DNA of 64,000 nucleotides, from positions 13,661 to 77,660 of the forward strand of contig JAGCPA010000077.1 in the NCBI GenBank assembly GCA_017642445.1, read 5' to 3'. Numbering within the stretch: the stretch's first letter is position 1; each line of letters begins with the position of its first letter. Shown piece after piece: positions 44,849 to 54,848 of this stretch. Source of the DNA: Spirochaetia bacterium. GTDB taxonomy: Bacteria > Spirochaetota > Spirochaetia > CADAEX01. A program made the position numbers and the translations under genes. The notes beneath the pieces are model-generated. The model searched no databases. It was not told the DNA's origin and saw only the letters and a program-made list of their open reading frames with translations.

Positions 44849-44928
44849 AGTTCCCCCATCAAAAATCTAGTATAGTTTGATTATATGCCCTTTGCAAAAA
44901 ATATTCTACTGGTATACTATCAATATAG

Positions 44929-45804
44929 ATGAATCTGACCATCTTTGTACTGACACTCATATCCGGCATTCTGAATGCGACCTGGAACTTCTTCTCCAAG
45001 AAGAAAGCTGGAGATTATTCTGTCATGGTTACAGGATTAGCATTATCACATCTGACAATACTGCCCGTCACCCTTGTACTGATCTCCATCGAAGGTCTGG
45101 ATATACATGCCGTTCCGGTCATACTGCTGTCAGGGTTCTTCGCCGGGCTGAACACGCTGCTGCTGGTCTTTATGTATGAAAGCTCTGATATCTCCATGGC
45201 CTACCCTGTGACCAGAGGAACAGGGGTCATGTTCATTGCCATACTGAGTTCCATCTTTCTGGGCGAGCAGATATCACGCCTGGCAATAGTGGGCATTTCC
45301 CTTGTACTTCTGGGAGTTTTTCTGTTTGCACTTACCAGGGGGAGAAAGCTTTCTGACATATGGGAGAGCATAAAGAGGCAGAAGATAGCCTTTTTCACGG
45401 GCCTTTCCATGGTGGGTTACAACCTTGTGGACCGGGTCGCAGTACAGAATGTCAATCCCCTGTTCCTCTACAATTTACGGGGAATTGTCGCCATGAGCTT
45501 TGCCATCGGCTTTCTTATGCTGAAGAGGGGTTATACCTTAAGCCATATGAGGGACACCTTCAGGCACGAATGGAAATATTCCTGCATTATCGGCTACGGC
45601 GGCTTCATCGGCTATGCCATAATACTGATGATCTACTACCTGTTTGCCGAGGCGAAGGCCAGCTACATAACCCCTATCCGCGAGACCTCCATAGTGATCG
45701 GGGCAATCCTGGGATTCCTGTTCTTAAAGGAGAAGGCCACCCTGAACAAACTTGCCGGAATCCTTGCCATTGTGCTTGGAGTAATCCTTATCAAAGTTGG
45801 CTAA
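44929..45804 (+). CDS. EamA/DMT-family transporter
   Basis: 291 aa with ten hydrophobic segments arranged as two EamA-like halves. Confidence 0.8.
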   Translation: MNLTIFVLTLISGILNATWNFFSKKKAGDYSVMVTGLALSHLTILPVTLVLISIEGLDIHAVPVILLSGFFAGLNTLLLVFMYESSDISMAYPVTRGTGVMFIAILSSIFLGEQISRLAIVGISLVLLGVFLFALTRGRKLSDIWESIKRQKIAFFTGLSMVGYNLVDRVAVQNVNPLFLYNLRGIVAMSFAIGFLMLKRGYTLSHMRDTFRHEWKYSCIIGYGGFIGYAIILMIYYLFAEAKASYITPIRETSIVIGAILGFLFLKEKATLNKLAGILAIVLGVILIKVG

Positions 45805-46450
45805 CCTTCAAATCTATTATATCTATCATCGGCTCGCCAGTGTCTGGGTCGATTACTTTTGACACCTCATCGGGGTTGACAGATAAAACATCATCGAGTA
45901 TCTTTAAATAAAGGGCAATGCCTCCGTGTGGCTTACTATCTTCGGGTAGATGGGCAGCGGTTTGAAGGGTATTGCTCTTATTTTTTATTTCGTCTTCAAC
46001 AAAAACTTCATGAACATAAAGCCTGTTTTTGTTGACATCTTGTATCGCCCTGCAAAAGACCAGATTGCGTTTTCCATCATATTCGATAGGATATGCAAAA
46101 TAATGATTGATTTGTTCTTTCCCACTAAAATCTTTTTCGCTTGATAGATAAACAGCATTCTCAAAATCATCTTGTAAAGATGGCAAAATATCTAATTTCT
46201 TTTGCCCGTAACCATGAGCAAGTGTATCTTTAACGCTTCTTAAATCAATTATTATATTGCCGACAGTTGTTTTATAAGTTTTAGGTTTTGGGAATAATCT
46301 TTCGGCGGACTTCTGTACCGTTAACCCATCTACCTTCTTAAAAGCCCCTTTAGATATAATTTTAACCTTTGTCTGTTCAAGTTTCTGCTTCTGCCATGCT
46401 CTTACCCAGTCTCCAAACCAACGCATGAAGTTAGGTGTCCGCACCTGCAC
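45791..46450 (-). CDS. Fragment resembling a module of large 'polyvalent' mobile-element proteins (possibly a 5'-truncated remnant)
   Basis: TPNFMRWFGDW is a motif I associate with conjugative-element and phage polyvalent proteins. The same frame stays open and looks homologous (QWLKAPNGKPTKLTERQWVQV) for 36 codons upstream (to 46558) without an ATG. The region is AT-richer than its flanks. Confidence 0.45.
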   Translation of the reverse strand: MQVRTPNFMRWFGDWVRAWQKQKLEQTKVKIISKGAFKKVDGLTVQKSAERLFPKPKTYKTTVGNIIIDLRSVKDTLAHGYGQKKLDILPSLQDDFENAVYLSSEKDFSGKEQINHYFAYPIEYDGKRNLVFCRAIQDVNKNRLYVHEVFVEDEIKNKSNTLQTAAHLPEDSKPHGGIALYLKILDDVLSVNPDEVSKVIDPDTGEPMIDIIDLKVSQL

Positions 46451-46726
46451 CCACTGTCTCTCGGTGAGTTTGGTCGGCTTTCCGTTGGGGGCTTTCAGCC
46501 ATTGGTCTGTGCATCTGTACTTTGACTCTATTTCCTTATATTGGCGTTCCGTAAAATTTCATTTTGCTTCATTTCCTGGAAATAATTCTTTTTATCAAAG
46601 CCGGCTGATTGATAACCTCCTGATCAAGTTTCATAACATAGTCCGAATAAAATAGTAATTTTCTCCTAACAGTGCTTTTTCCCCAGGTTTTATACTTTAG
46701 CCAAACGAGGATAAAAAGGAGAAATT

Positions 46727-48775
46727 ATGAAAAAACTACTTTTAACATGTTTAATGTTGTTCGTAGCACTTGGCCTTTTTGCCGGCGGTAAAAGTGAGAA
46801 AGCATCTGGCAGCACAGCAGCTTCCGGCCCAAAGAGCGATGCACCTACCATTGCGGACATGAAAGGAATCAAAGAGGGTAAATACCCTGGCCAGTATGAC
46901 CTGGAGGAGTATGAGAAACTGAGCGGAAAGAAGCTTGAGTTCAAGCAGAACCCGATGTTTGACAACGCAGGGCTTCCACCAGTTGCAGAAAGACTGCCTA
47001 AGGATGTCCTTGTTGTTCCACCTTACAATGAGATCGGAAAATACGGCGGAACATTCCGGGGCATGTCAAAGGGTCCTGAGTCAAGTACATCAGAGCTTCT
47101 TTCAATCCACCATGTAAACTTTGTAAGAATGACAGCCGATCTTAAGACTATTGTTCCAGATATCGCAAAAGATTATGAATGGAACAAGGATTACACAGAG
47201 CTGACATTCTACCTGAGAGAAGGACACAAATGGTCCGACGGTGCACCTTTCACATCAGAAGACGTTATGTTCTGGTGGGAAGATATCCAGCTCAACAAAG
47301 AGATGAACGCAAAAGTGAAGTCACTTTTTGTTTATGGAGGAGAACCTATCCAGATTACTGCTCCAGACAAATATACTGTAAAATTCAAATTTGCTGTTCC
47401 TGCTCCAGGCTTCCTGCTGGTGCTCGCAAACTGCTACTGCCAGCCATTCCAGCCTAAGCATGTTCTCAAGGAATTCCACAAGACATACAACCCGGATGCA
47501 GACAAACTGGCTGTTTCTTTAGGTTATAAGGACTGGACAATGATGTTCAGCTCATACTACTATGATGACTGGAGAGACTGTATCCATCCTCTGTCTGGAA
47601 AGAAACCTATCGATCTTCCATGTCTGGAATCCCATGTCCTGGTTGAGGAGACAACCGAGCACAGACTGTTCAAGGCTAACCCTTACTACCATATTGTAGA
47701 TACAGCTGGAAATCAGATGCCATACATCAACGAGCTCAATGAGGTATTCATCGAGGACAAGGAAATCTTCCTCTTCAAGATTACAAACGGCGAGCTGGAT
47801 CATAAGAACCAGGGTCTTGATATTACAGTATTCCCTACCCTCAAGGAATCCGAGGCAAAAGGAAATTACAAGGTTAAGCTGATTGACAACGGTCTTTCTT
47901 CTGCATATGCAGTTGCCCTGAACCCGACCCACAAGGATCCTGTTCTGAGAGATCTGTTCAACAACATCAAATTCAAGCAGGCACTCTCTCTGGCTCTTAA
48001 CAGAAAAGAGATCAACGAGATTGTATACCTTGGCATAGCAGAACCATCACAGTATGTCACCGGAAACCCATCAACCTGCGGTTTCGTGACAGACAAGATG
48101 AAGAATTACATGGCAGATTACAACCCAGACAAGGCAAAGGCACTTCTGGATGAGATCGGCCTTAAGAAAGACAAGGACGGTTTCCGTCTCCGCCCAGACG
48201 GCAAGCCGCTGATTATCTACTTCAACTTCTGTACACGTATCTCCTCTGAGTTCGTAGAGCTTGTAAAAGAGTACTGGGATGCTATCGGTGTAAAGGTTGA
48301 GCTTAAGGAAGTCAACACAGACCTTTATATCAAGACTATGGCTGACAACGACAACGACATCAGCGTATGGGGAATCAACGGCGGAGAGCCACCATCCTTC
48401 TACAATGCAGATATCGCTCCTTTCAAGCCGCTGTTCTCCGGCGGAAGACTTGAGTTCAGCTGCGGTGTTGAATGGGATAAGTGGTACAAGTCCGGCGGCA
48501 AGGAAGGCATGGAGCCTCCAAAGGATATCAAGGATCTGTACAAGATGTATGAGCAGTTCCAGAAGACAGAGTTCAACAGCAAGGAATACAACAAACTGGC
48601 TGGCCAGATGTCAGAGATCATCAGCAAGAACCTGTATCTTATCGGAACAGCATATAATCTGAAGGGACCAGTTGTATTCGGCTCAAGACTTAGGAATGCA
48701 GTTGATCCTACCATCAAGGGTTACACATACTACTACGAGTATTCAACAAAGCCATTCCAGTGGTATCTGGAGTAA
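46727..48775 (+). CDS. ABC transporter substrate-binding protein, family 5 (Opp/Dpp type), unusually long
   Basis: 682 aa. It has a signal peptide without a clear lipobox and an SBP_bac_5 pattern. It is the first gene of a five-gene ABC operon. Confidence 0.85.
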   Translation: MKKLLLTCLMLFVALGLFAGGKSEKASGSTAASGPKSDAPTIADMKGIKEGKYPGQYDLEEYEKLSGKKLEFKQNPMFDNAGLPPVAERLPKDVLVVPPYNEIGKYGGTFRGMSKGPESSTSELLSIHHVNFVRMTADLKTIVPDIAKDYEWNKDYTELTFYLREGHKWSDGAPFTSEDVMFWWEDIQLNKEMNAKVKSLFVYGGEPIQITAPDKYTVKFKFAVPAPGFLLVLANCYCQPFQPKHVLKEFHKTYNPDADKLAVSLGYKDWTMMFSSYYYDDWRDCIHPLSGKKPIDLPCLESHVLVEETTEHRLFKANPYYHIVDTAGNQMPYINELNEVFIEDKEIFLFKITNGELDHKNQGLDITVFPTLKESEAKGNYKVKLIDNGLSSAYAVALNPTHKDPVLRDLFNNIKFKQALSLALNRKEINEIVYLGIAEPSQYVTGNPSTCGFVTDKMKNYMADYNPDKAKALLDEIGLKKDKDGFRLRPDGKPLIIYFNFCTRISSEFVELVKEYWDAIGVKVELKEVNTDLYIKTMADNDNDISVWGINGGEPPSFYNADIAPFKPLFSGGRLEFSCGVEWDKWYKSGGKEGMEPPKDIKDLYKMYEQFQKTEFNSKEYNKLAGQMSEIISKNLYLIGTAYNLKGPVVFGSRLRNAVDPTIKGYTYYYEYSTKPFQWYLE

Positions 48776-48783
48776 TTATTTCC

Positions 48784-48820
48784 GCTGTACTGCCTTAACC
48801 GGCAGTACAGCATTATTTAT
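48784..48820 (+). terminator. Intra-operon hairpin / partial terminator after the SBP gene
   Basis: An 11-bp perfect stem, GCTGTACTGCC (loop ttaacc) GGCAGTACAGC, followed by an A/T-rich tract. Confidence 0.5.
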
Positions 48821-48839
48821 CAGTAATTAGGAAAGAACT

Positions 48840-49835
48840 ATGATAAAATATATTCTGACGAAACTAGCAACTATGTTGGTGACAATATTCTTTGTTTCTA
48901 TAGTTGTGTTTATCATAATTGAGCTTCCCCCTGGAGATTTTGCCGACAACATGGCAGCAGAAAGAGCCTCTGCCGGAGAGACAATGACACAGGATGACGT
49001 ATTCAACATAAGGGAACGGTATGGTCTGAATCAGTCCGTGTATGAGCGGTATTTTAAGTGGATCTGGGGAATAGTGAGCAGAGGTGATTTCGGAACCTCA
49101 TTTAGATATAACAGACCAGTTATGATGGTAATCGGCGAGCGTATAACATTTACCACATGTCTTGCTCTGCTCACTATTCTCTTCACTTATTTAATCGCCA
49201 TACCTATAGGTATTTATTCTGCCATGAGGCAGTATACCCTAGGGGATTATGCCTTCACCTTCGTAGGATACTTAGGGCTTTCAATTCCTTCTTTCCTTCT
49301 GGCATTGCTGCTGTTATATTTCAGCACTAAATATACAAATACTACTATAGGCGGTCTTTTCTCGCCGGAATTCCAGAATGCCCCTTGGAGCCTAGCCCGG
49401 TTTGTGGACATGCTCAAGCATATCTGGGTTGCAGCTGTTGTTCTGGCAGTTGCAGGCACAGCAAAGATCATAAGAACATTGCGTGCCACCCTGCTGGACG
49501 AGAAGAGCAAACTGTATGTGACTGCGGCAAAAGCCCGCGGCGTATCTGGAAAAGCCCTTCTGCTGAAGTACCCGGTTCGGGTTGCAATGAACCCTATAGC
49601 AAGCACCTTGGGATGGGAGCTTTCTGCAGTTATCTCAGGATCTCCTATTGTTGCAGTCGTACTCTCCATTCCTGACATGGGACCTCTTTACCTTACATCC
49701 CTCTTAAGCCAGGACATGTATCTTGCAGGAACACTGCTTATCTTCATGAGCTTGATGACAATCATTGGAACATTCCTTTCGGATATCCTTCTTGCCATCA
49801 TGGATCCAAGAATACGGTTGGGGATTAAGATATGA
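48840..49835 (+). CDS. ABC transporter permease (OppB/DppB type)
   Basis: 331 aa. The N-terminus IKYILTKLATMLVTIFFVSIVVFIIIELPPGD is typical of OppB/DppB permeases. Confidence 0.9.
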   Translation: MIKYILTKLATMLVTIFFVSIVVFIIIELPPGDFADNMAAERASAGETMTQDDVFNIRERYGLNQSVYERYFKWIWGIVSRGDFGTSFRYNRPVMMVIGERITFTTCLALLTILFTYLIAIPIGIYSAMRQYTLGDYAFTFVGYLGLSIPSFLLALLLLYFSTKYTNTTIGGLFSPEFQNAPWSLARFVDMLKHIWVAAVVLAVAGTAKIIRTLRATLLDEKSKLYVTAAKARGVSGKALLLKYPVRVAMNPIASTLGWELSAVISGSPIVAVVLSIPDMGPLYLTSLLSQDMYLAGTLLIFMSLMTIIGTFLSDILLAIMDPRIRLGIKI

Positions 49836-50947
49836 AGAAACAAGATGAAAATGCAAAACTTAAGTATTATACCGCATCCCAATGGCAGCTGATCTGGTGG
49901 AGATTCCGCAAGCATCGTCTTTCCATTGTAGGAATGACCATTCTTGGCATATTCATTATATTTGCTCTGTTCCCTGAATTCTTTGCCCCCTACAGTGCAA
50001 CCGACCGCAACGGTGAATCAATTCTGTGCCCACCGTCAAAAATAGTATTCAAGAATGCAGAAGGAGGCTTCTCCCTTGCGCCTCAGGTTTATGGTTTCAA
50101 GAGAGAAAGAAACAGAGAGACCCTTAAGATGGAATATGTGGTGGATGAGTCCAATATCCAGCCTCTTAAGTTCTTCGTAAAAGGAGAGAAATACAAGCTC
50201 TTCGGCTTCCTGCCCGGATCTATCCATCTGTATGGTGTGGATAACGGCTTTGTCCATCTGTGGGGAACCGACACCATGGCCCGTGATATCTTCTCCCGCA
50301 CTATATTTGCCACACGGAGCTCCCTCTCCATCGGTATATTGGGCCTTATGATAGCATTCATCATAGGACTTCTCATTGGAGGTGTATCAGGTTATTTCGG
50401 AGGCTGGGTGGACAACTTCTTCCAGCGTCTAACTGAATTTATCAGGTCTATTCCTACCTATCCTCTGTGGATGGGTGTTGCGGCCGCCATGCCAAGGGAA
50501 TGGGGCCCTAAGACAGTCTACTTCATGATGACCATAATCCTGGGCTTTATCGGATGGACCACACTGGCGCGGCGTATCAGGAGCCAGATCATATCTATCC
50601 GGGAGGCAGACTTCATAGTTGCTGCAAAGCTGTGCGGAGCCAGCGATATGCGAATCATATTCAAGCACATGATTCCTACATTTATAAGCTATGTCATTGT
50701 AGACCTTACCATCTCGTTCCCTAACATGATCCTGAGCGAGACCTCCTTAAGCTTCCTGGGCCTTGGCCTCCGGCCACCGGTAACCAGCTGGGGCGTACTG
50801 CTGCGGTCTGCCCAGAACCTGAACTCCATAGTGAACAGCCCATGGATGTTTATCCCGGCTATATTTGTAATCCTTGCTGTACTCTCCTTCAGTTTTGTGG
50901 GCGACGGACTGCGGGATGCGGCCGACCCTTATTCTGAGAAATCTTGA
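49832..50947 (+). CDS. ABC transporter permease (OppC/DppC type)
   Basis: 371 aa with a BPD_transp_1 core (GTDTMARDIFSR...) and a 4-nt overlap with the previous gene. Confidence 0.9.
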   Translation: MKKQDENAKLKYYTASQWQLIWWRFRKHRLSIVGMTILGIFIIFALFPEFFAPYSATDRNGESILCPPSKIVFKNAEGGFSLAPQVYGFKRERNRETLKMEYVVDESNIQPLKFFVKGEKYKLFGFLPGSIHLYGVDNGFVHLWGTDTMARDIFSRTIFATRSSLSIGILGLMIAFIIGLLIGGVSGYFGGWVDNFFQRLTEFIRSIPTYPLWMGVAAAMPREWGPKTVYFMMTIILGFIGWTTLARRIRSQIISIREADFIVAAKLCGASDMRIIFKHMIPTFISYVIVDLTISFPNMILSETSLSFLGLGLRPPVTSWGVLLRSAQNLNSIVNSPWMFIPAIFVILAVLSFSFVGDGLRDAADPYSEKS

Positions 50948-50955
50948 GGTGAATT

Positions 50956-51963
50956 ATGGATGAGAAAACACTGCTTGAAGTAAAAGATTTATCAATATAT
51001 TTCAACCTAAGGGAAGGCGTTCTGAAGGCAATTGACGGAATTAGTTTCAATGTGGACAAGAACTCGACTGTGGGTATTGTAGGTGAAAGCGGTTCCGGAA
51101 AAAGTGTCACAGCCCAGGCTATAATGCGCATTCTGCCTGAAACTGCAGAGATAAAGACTGGAGAAATCAATTACTATAAAGATCCTGCCAATCCTATAAA
51201 GATTCATGAGCTTCCCGATAAGAGCCCAATTCTGGGCAATATCCGGGGCAAGGAAATAAGCATGATTTTCCAGGAGCCAATGAGCGCCTTCTCTCCTCTC
51301 CACACCATAGGACATCAGATGATTGAATGCCTCAGGCTCCACACCCCTATGACAAAACAGGAGGCAAGGGAACGGGCTATAGAGATGCTGGCAAAAGTGG
51401 GAATATCCAATCCCGAGAAGCGTGTGGATCAGTACTCCTTTGAGCTTTCAGGCGGAATGAGGCAGAGAGCCATGATTGCAATAGCCCTGTCCACCAACCC
51501 TTCTATAGTCATAGCCGATGAGCCGACAACATCGCTGGATGTGACAATTCAGGCCCAGATACTTAAGCTTATGAAGGATATGCAGGCAGAATTCAACATG
51601 AGCATCATCTTCATAACCCACAACCTGGGAGTAATCGCACAGATGGCCGATATGATTCAGGTAATGTACCTGGGCAAGATAATGGAAAGCGGAACTGCGG
51701 AGGAGATCTTCTACGAGCCCCGGCATCCGTATACCATCAACCTCCTCAAGGCGATTCCAAAGATAGGAAGCAATGCCAATGGAAAGCTTGAGGCCATACC
51801 TGGCCAGATACCTGGACCTTTCGATGTCCAGAAAGGTTGTAAGTTCTGTACCCGCTGTCCATCGGCGATAAAAGGGCTGTGCGACCTGCGGACACCAGAA
51901 CTCAAGAAGTATTCAGAAACCCACAGCGTATCCTGCTGGAAGTGTCTTGAACAGGAGAAATAA
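50956..51963 (+). CDS. ABC transporter ATP-binding protein (OppD type)
   Basis: GESGSGKS, LSGGMRQR, IADEPTTSLD and the oligopeptide C-terminal Cys motif. Confidence 0.9.
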   Translation: MDEKTLLEVKDLSIYFNLREGVLKAIDGISFNVDKNSTVGIVGESGSGKSVTAQAIMRILPETAEIKTGEINYYKDPANPIKIHELPDKSPILGNIRGKEISMIFQEPMSAFSPLHTIGHQMIECLRLHTPMTKQEARERAIEMLAKVGISNPEKRVDQYSFELSGGMRQRAMIAIALSTNPSIVIADEPTTSLDVTIQAQILKLMKDMQAEFNMSIIFITHNLGVIAQMADMIQVMYLGKIMESGTAEEIFYEPRHPYTINLLKAIPKIGSNANGKLEAIPGQIPGPFDVQKGCKFCTRCPSAIKGLCDLRTPELKKYSETHSVSCWKCLEQEK

Positions 51964-51965
51964 GT

Positions 51966-52976
51966 ATGGAAGATAACATTCTTGTTGTAAAAAACTTAAG
52001 CAAAGAGTTCCCTATTTATAAAGGTCTTCTGAGAAAAAAGAGCGCCACTGTTAAAGCTGTGAATGATGTCTCCTTCGAGATAAAACGGGGCGAGACATTA
52101 GGTCTGGTGGGCGAGAGCGGCTCAGGCAAGACTACTCTTGGACGCCTTATACTGCGGGCTATTGAACCTACTGCAGGAGAAGTCATCTACAACTTTGCCG
52201 ACGAGACAAATGTCGATTTCCTCAAGCTTAACAAGAAGCAGCTCAAGAAGACAAGAACCAAGATACAGATGGTGTTCCAGGACCCCTACTCCTCGCTGAA
52301 CCCCCGTATGACAGTCCGGGACATAATAGCAGAAACGCTTGTGGCAAACAAGACCATGAGCAGAAGTGAGATAGACAACCGGGTACGGGAGATTGCAGAC
52401 CTGTGCAAGCTCAACCTGGAGCACTTAAGGCGTTTCCCCCACGCCTTCTCCGGCGGCCAGCGCCAAAGAATCGGAATAGCCCGAGCACTGGCCGTCAATC
52501 CGGAGTTTGTTGTATGTGATGAATCGGTATCAGCTCTGGACGTATCGGTTCAGGCCGAGATCATCAACCTGTTCAAGGAGATGCAGGCGATCAAGGATAT
52601 CACATACCTTTTTATTGCCCACGACCTGAGCATTGTGGAACACATAAGCGACCGGATCATTGTAATGTACCTTGGACAGATTGTGGAGGAAGCAGACAAG
52701 AGAACCCTTTTCGAGAACCCTATGCATCCTTATACCGAGGCTCTTATGTCGGCAATCCCTGAGCCGGATCCGCTGCGGAAGATGGCGCCAATATTCCTGG
52801 AAGGAGAGATTCCTAACCCGATGAACCTTCCTACAGGCTGCTATTTCCATCCACGGTGCCATTATGCCACTGAAAAGTGCAAGAAGGAGATGCCATGCTT
52901 GCGCTGTTTCGGCAACCACAAGGTTGCATGTCACCGTGCAGAAGAGTTACACTTAAAGCAGTACATAAAATATTGA
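51966..52976 (+). CDS. ABC transporter ATP-binding protein (OppF type)
   Basis: [26 protein letters not shown] and a C-terminal CxFxxRC motif. Confidence 0.9.
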   Translation: MEDNILVVKNLSKEFPIYKGLLRKKSATVKAVNDVSFEIKRGETLGLVGESGSGKTTLGRLILRAIEPTAGEVIYNFADETNVDFLKLNKKQLKKTRTKIQMVFQDPYSSLNPRMTVRDIIAETLVANKTMSRSEIDNRVREIADLCKLNLEHLRRFPHAFSGGQRQRIGIARALAVNPEFVVCDESVSALDVSVQAEIINLFKEMQAIKDITYLFIAHDLSIVEHISDRIIVMYLGQIVEEADKRTLFENPMHPYTEALMSAIPEPDPLRKMAPIFLEGEIPNPMNLPTGCYFHPRCHYATEKCKKEMPCLRCFGNHKVACHRAEELHLKQYIKY

Positions 52977-52994
52977 ACAACTATGGAGTGAGAA

Positions 52995-53891
52995 ATGGAA
53001 AACAATCTTAAGAATCTACGTTTTGTTCCGTGCTACGATGGTTTTCTTTCTGGCAATAAATCTGCCTCTGAGATTATCGACATCTGCAAGGCTTCGGGCT
53101 TTTTTGGAATCGAGGGGCATGCTGAGTATGGCATATTCAACGCCTCCATCGAAGAGCTTACTAAAACAGGAGAGGCCTTCAAGGCGGCGGGCCTTTCCAT
53201 AGACACCTACCACCTGCCCTGGGAGGACAAGGTGCTGGATGACATCTCGACCCTTTATGAATGCGACCGCACCAGGGTTGTGGAAAAAGCCAAACGGTGG
53301 ATAGAAAAAGCTGTAGCTGTGGGCAGCACCATTGGGGTAATGCACCCCTGCAACCGCCGCCGCCACAACGGTCTTCTCTGCTACGATGTCGCAGTAGAGG
53401 GCGAGGACCGCATTTTCGGCCAGGTACATAAGTCGCTGCAGGAACTTCTGAAGTTCTGCGAGCAGTTCAAATTCCGGTTGGCAATAGAAAACTTTGTCCC
53501 CTATTCAGGCGGCATGTTGGGAAGCACCAACGAGCACATGCTCAGAATATATGAGGAGAACAAGCACCCGCTCCTGGGCTTCTGTCTTGATACAGGCCAT
53601 GCACTGATGGCATTCGGCAAGAATGTGATGGACGCCTACTATGCCATGGAGGAGCACATCATCGCATTCCACCTGAACGATAACGCCGGCGACCGGGATT
53701 CACACATACTGCCTGGCAAGGGCAACTTCCCGTGGAGAGATTTCTTCAGGGCACTCAATAAGCGTGGCTTTAAGGGCAATGTATGTGTGGAGACACCGCC
53801 CTTTGACATAGGACCTAACTACTCTGTGGAAGCCTGGTGCAAGATGTTCCGGGAGCTGAATGAGCTGGTGGCAAAATCTCTGGAGGATTGA
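52995..53891 (+). CDS. Sugar-phosphate isomerase/epimerase-type (xylose isomerase-like TIM barrel) protein, copy 1
   Basis: 298 aa with an AP_endonuc_2-like pattern (LAIENF..., FCLDTGHA, AFHLNDNAGDRDSH, VCVE). Confidence 0.8.
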   Translation: MENNLKNLRFVPCYDGFLSGNKSASEIIDICKASGFFGIEGHAEYGIFNASIEELTKTGEAFKAAGLSIDTYHLPWEDKVLDDISTLYECDRTRVVEKAKRWIEKAVAVGSTIGVMHPCNRRRHNGLLCYDVAVEGEDRIFGQVHKSLQELLKFCEQFKFRLAIENFVPYSGGMLGSTNEHMLRIYEENKHPLLGFCLDTGHALMAFGKNVMDAYYAMEEHIIAFHLNDNAGDRDSHILPGKGNFPWRDFFRALNKRGFKGNVCVETPPFDIGPNYSVEAWCKMFRELNELVAKSLED

Positions 53892-54791
53892 GTGGAGAAC
53901 AACCTTAAGAATTTACATTTTGTTCCATCCTATGACACAGGGGTCATGCAGTGCAAGAAGACTGCCGAAGAAATCATTGCTATGTGCAAAGTCTCCGGCT
54001 TCTATGGTATTGAAGGCACAGCAGAAGAAGGAATATTCAACGGCTCTCTTGAGGAACTCACCAGAATCGGTGAGGCTTTTAAGGCAGCGGGGCTTTCCAT
54101 AAACACCTTCCACCTCCCCTTCGATAAGCCTGTTCTGGATGATATAGCCGCTCTGTATGAGTGCGACAGAACCCGCGTGGTGGAAAGAATGAAGTACTGG
54201 ATTGAGCGTGCCGTGGCATGTGGAGCGCACATAGGTATTCTCCATCCTACTTCCAGAAGAAAGGTTAACGGAATCCAATGCTATGATGCAGATTTTGAGG
54301 GAATTGACCGGATCTGTGGACAGGCAAGCAAAACTATACAGGCACTCCTTAAATTCGGCGAGCAGTTTGACTTTAAGATTGCCCTTGAGAACATGACACC
54401 GTATACCAGTGGAAGGCTGGGAAGCAGAAACGAGCATCTGAAAAAACTGTATGAGGAGAATGCACACCCGAACCTGGGGTTCTGCCTTGATACAGGCCAC
54501 GCCCTTATGGCATACGGCAAGGATGTGATGAGCGTATATTACACTGTGGAAGAACATCTTATTGCATTCCATCTGGCCGACAACGCAGGCGATCGGGACT
54601 CGCATCTGCAGCCAGGAAAAGGCAATTTCCCCTGGGGCGAATTCTTCAAGGCGCTGAACAAACGGGGCTTTACCGGCAATGTATGTGTGGAGACCCCGCC
54701 CTTTGACATCGGACCCAATTATTCCGACGCTTCGTGGTGCCGTATGTTCAAGGAAATGAATGAATTAGTGGAGAATTCTCTAGAAAGCTGA
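53892..54791 (+). CDS. Sugar-phosphate isomerase/epimerase-type TIM barrel protein, copy 2 (tandem paralogue)
   Basis: 299 aa with a GTG start. It is collinear with copy 1 and roughly two-thirds identical by eye (MENNLKNL..., YECDRTRVVE, GFCLDTGHALMA, GNVCVETPPFDIGPNYS). Confidence 0.8.
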   Translation: MENNLKNLHFVPSYDTGVMQCKKTAEEIIAMCKVSGFYGIEGTAEEGIFNGSLEELTRIGEAFKAAGLSINTFHLPFDKPVLDDIAALYECDRTRVVERMKYWIERAVACGAHIGILHPTSRRKVNGIQCYDADFEGIDRICGQASKTIQALLKFGEQFDFKIALENMTPYTSGRLGSRNEHLKKLYEENAHPNLGFCLDTGHALMAYGKDVMSVYYTVEEHLIAFHLADNAGDRDSHLQPGKGNFPWGEFFKALNKRGFTGNVCVETPPFDIGPNYSDASWCRMFKEMNELVENSLES

Positions 54792-54816
54792 TTTCATTTA
54801 TTCTCCTAGATTTGTT

Positions 54817-54848
54817 GCCAGTCCGTGAAAAACGGGCTGGCCTTTTTT
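54817..54848. terminator. Bidirectional rho-independent terminator
   Basis: GCCAGTCCG, loop tgaaaaa, CGGGCTGGC, followed by TTTTTT. It lies between convergent genes. Confidence 0.65.

Noticed and set aside
43511-44875. 454-aa plus-strand ORF antisense to the GlpA-like oxidoreductase. The same pattern occurs at 42779-43670, 40220-40825, 25853-26542, 53913-54605 and 58698-59570.
   Set aside because: All lie opposite genes with strong family signatures and have no start context or motifs of their own. They are treated as shadow ORFs.
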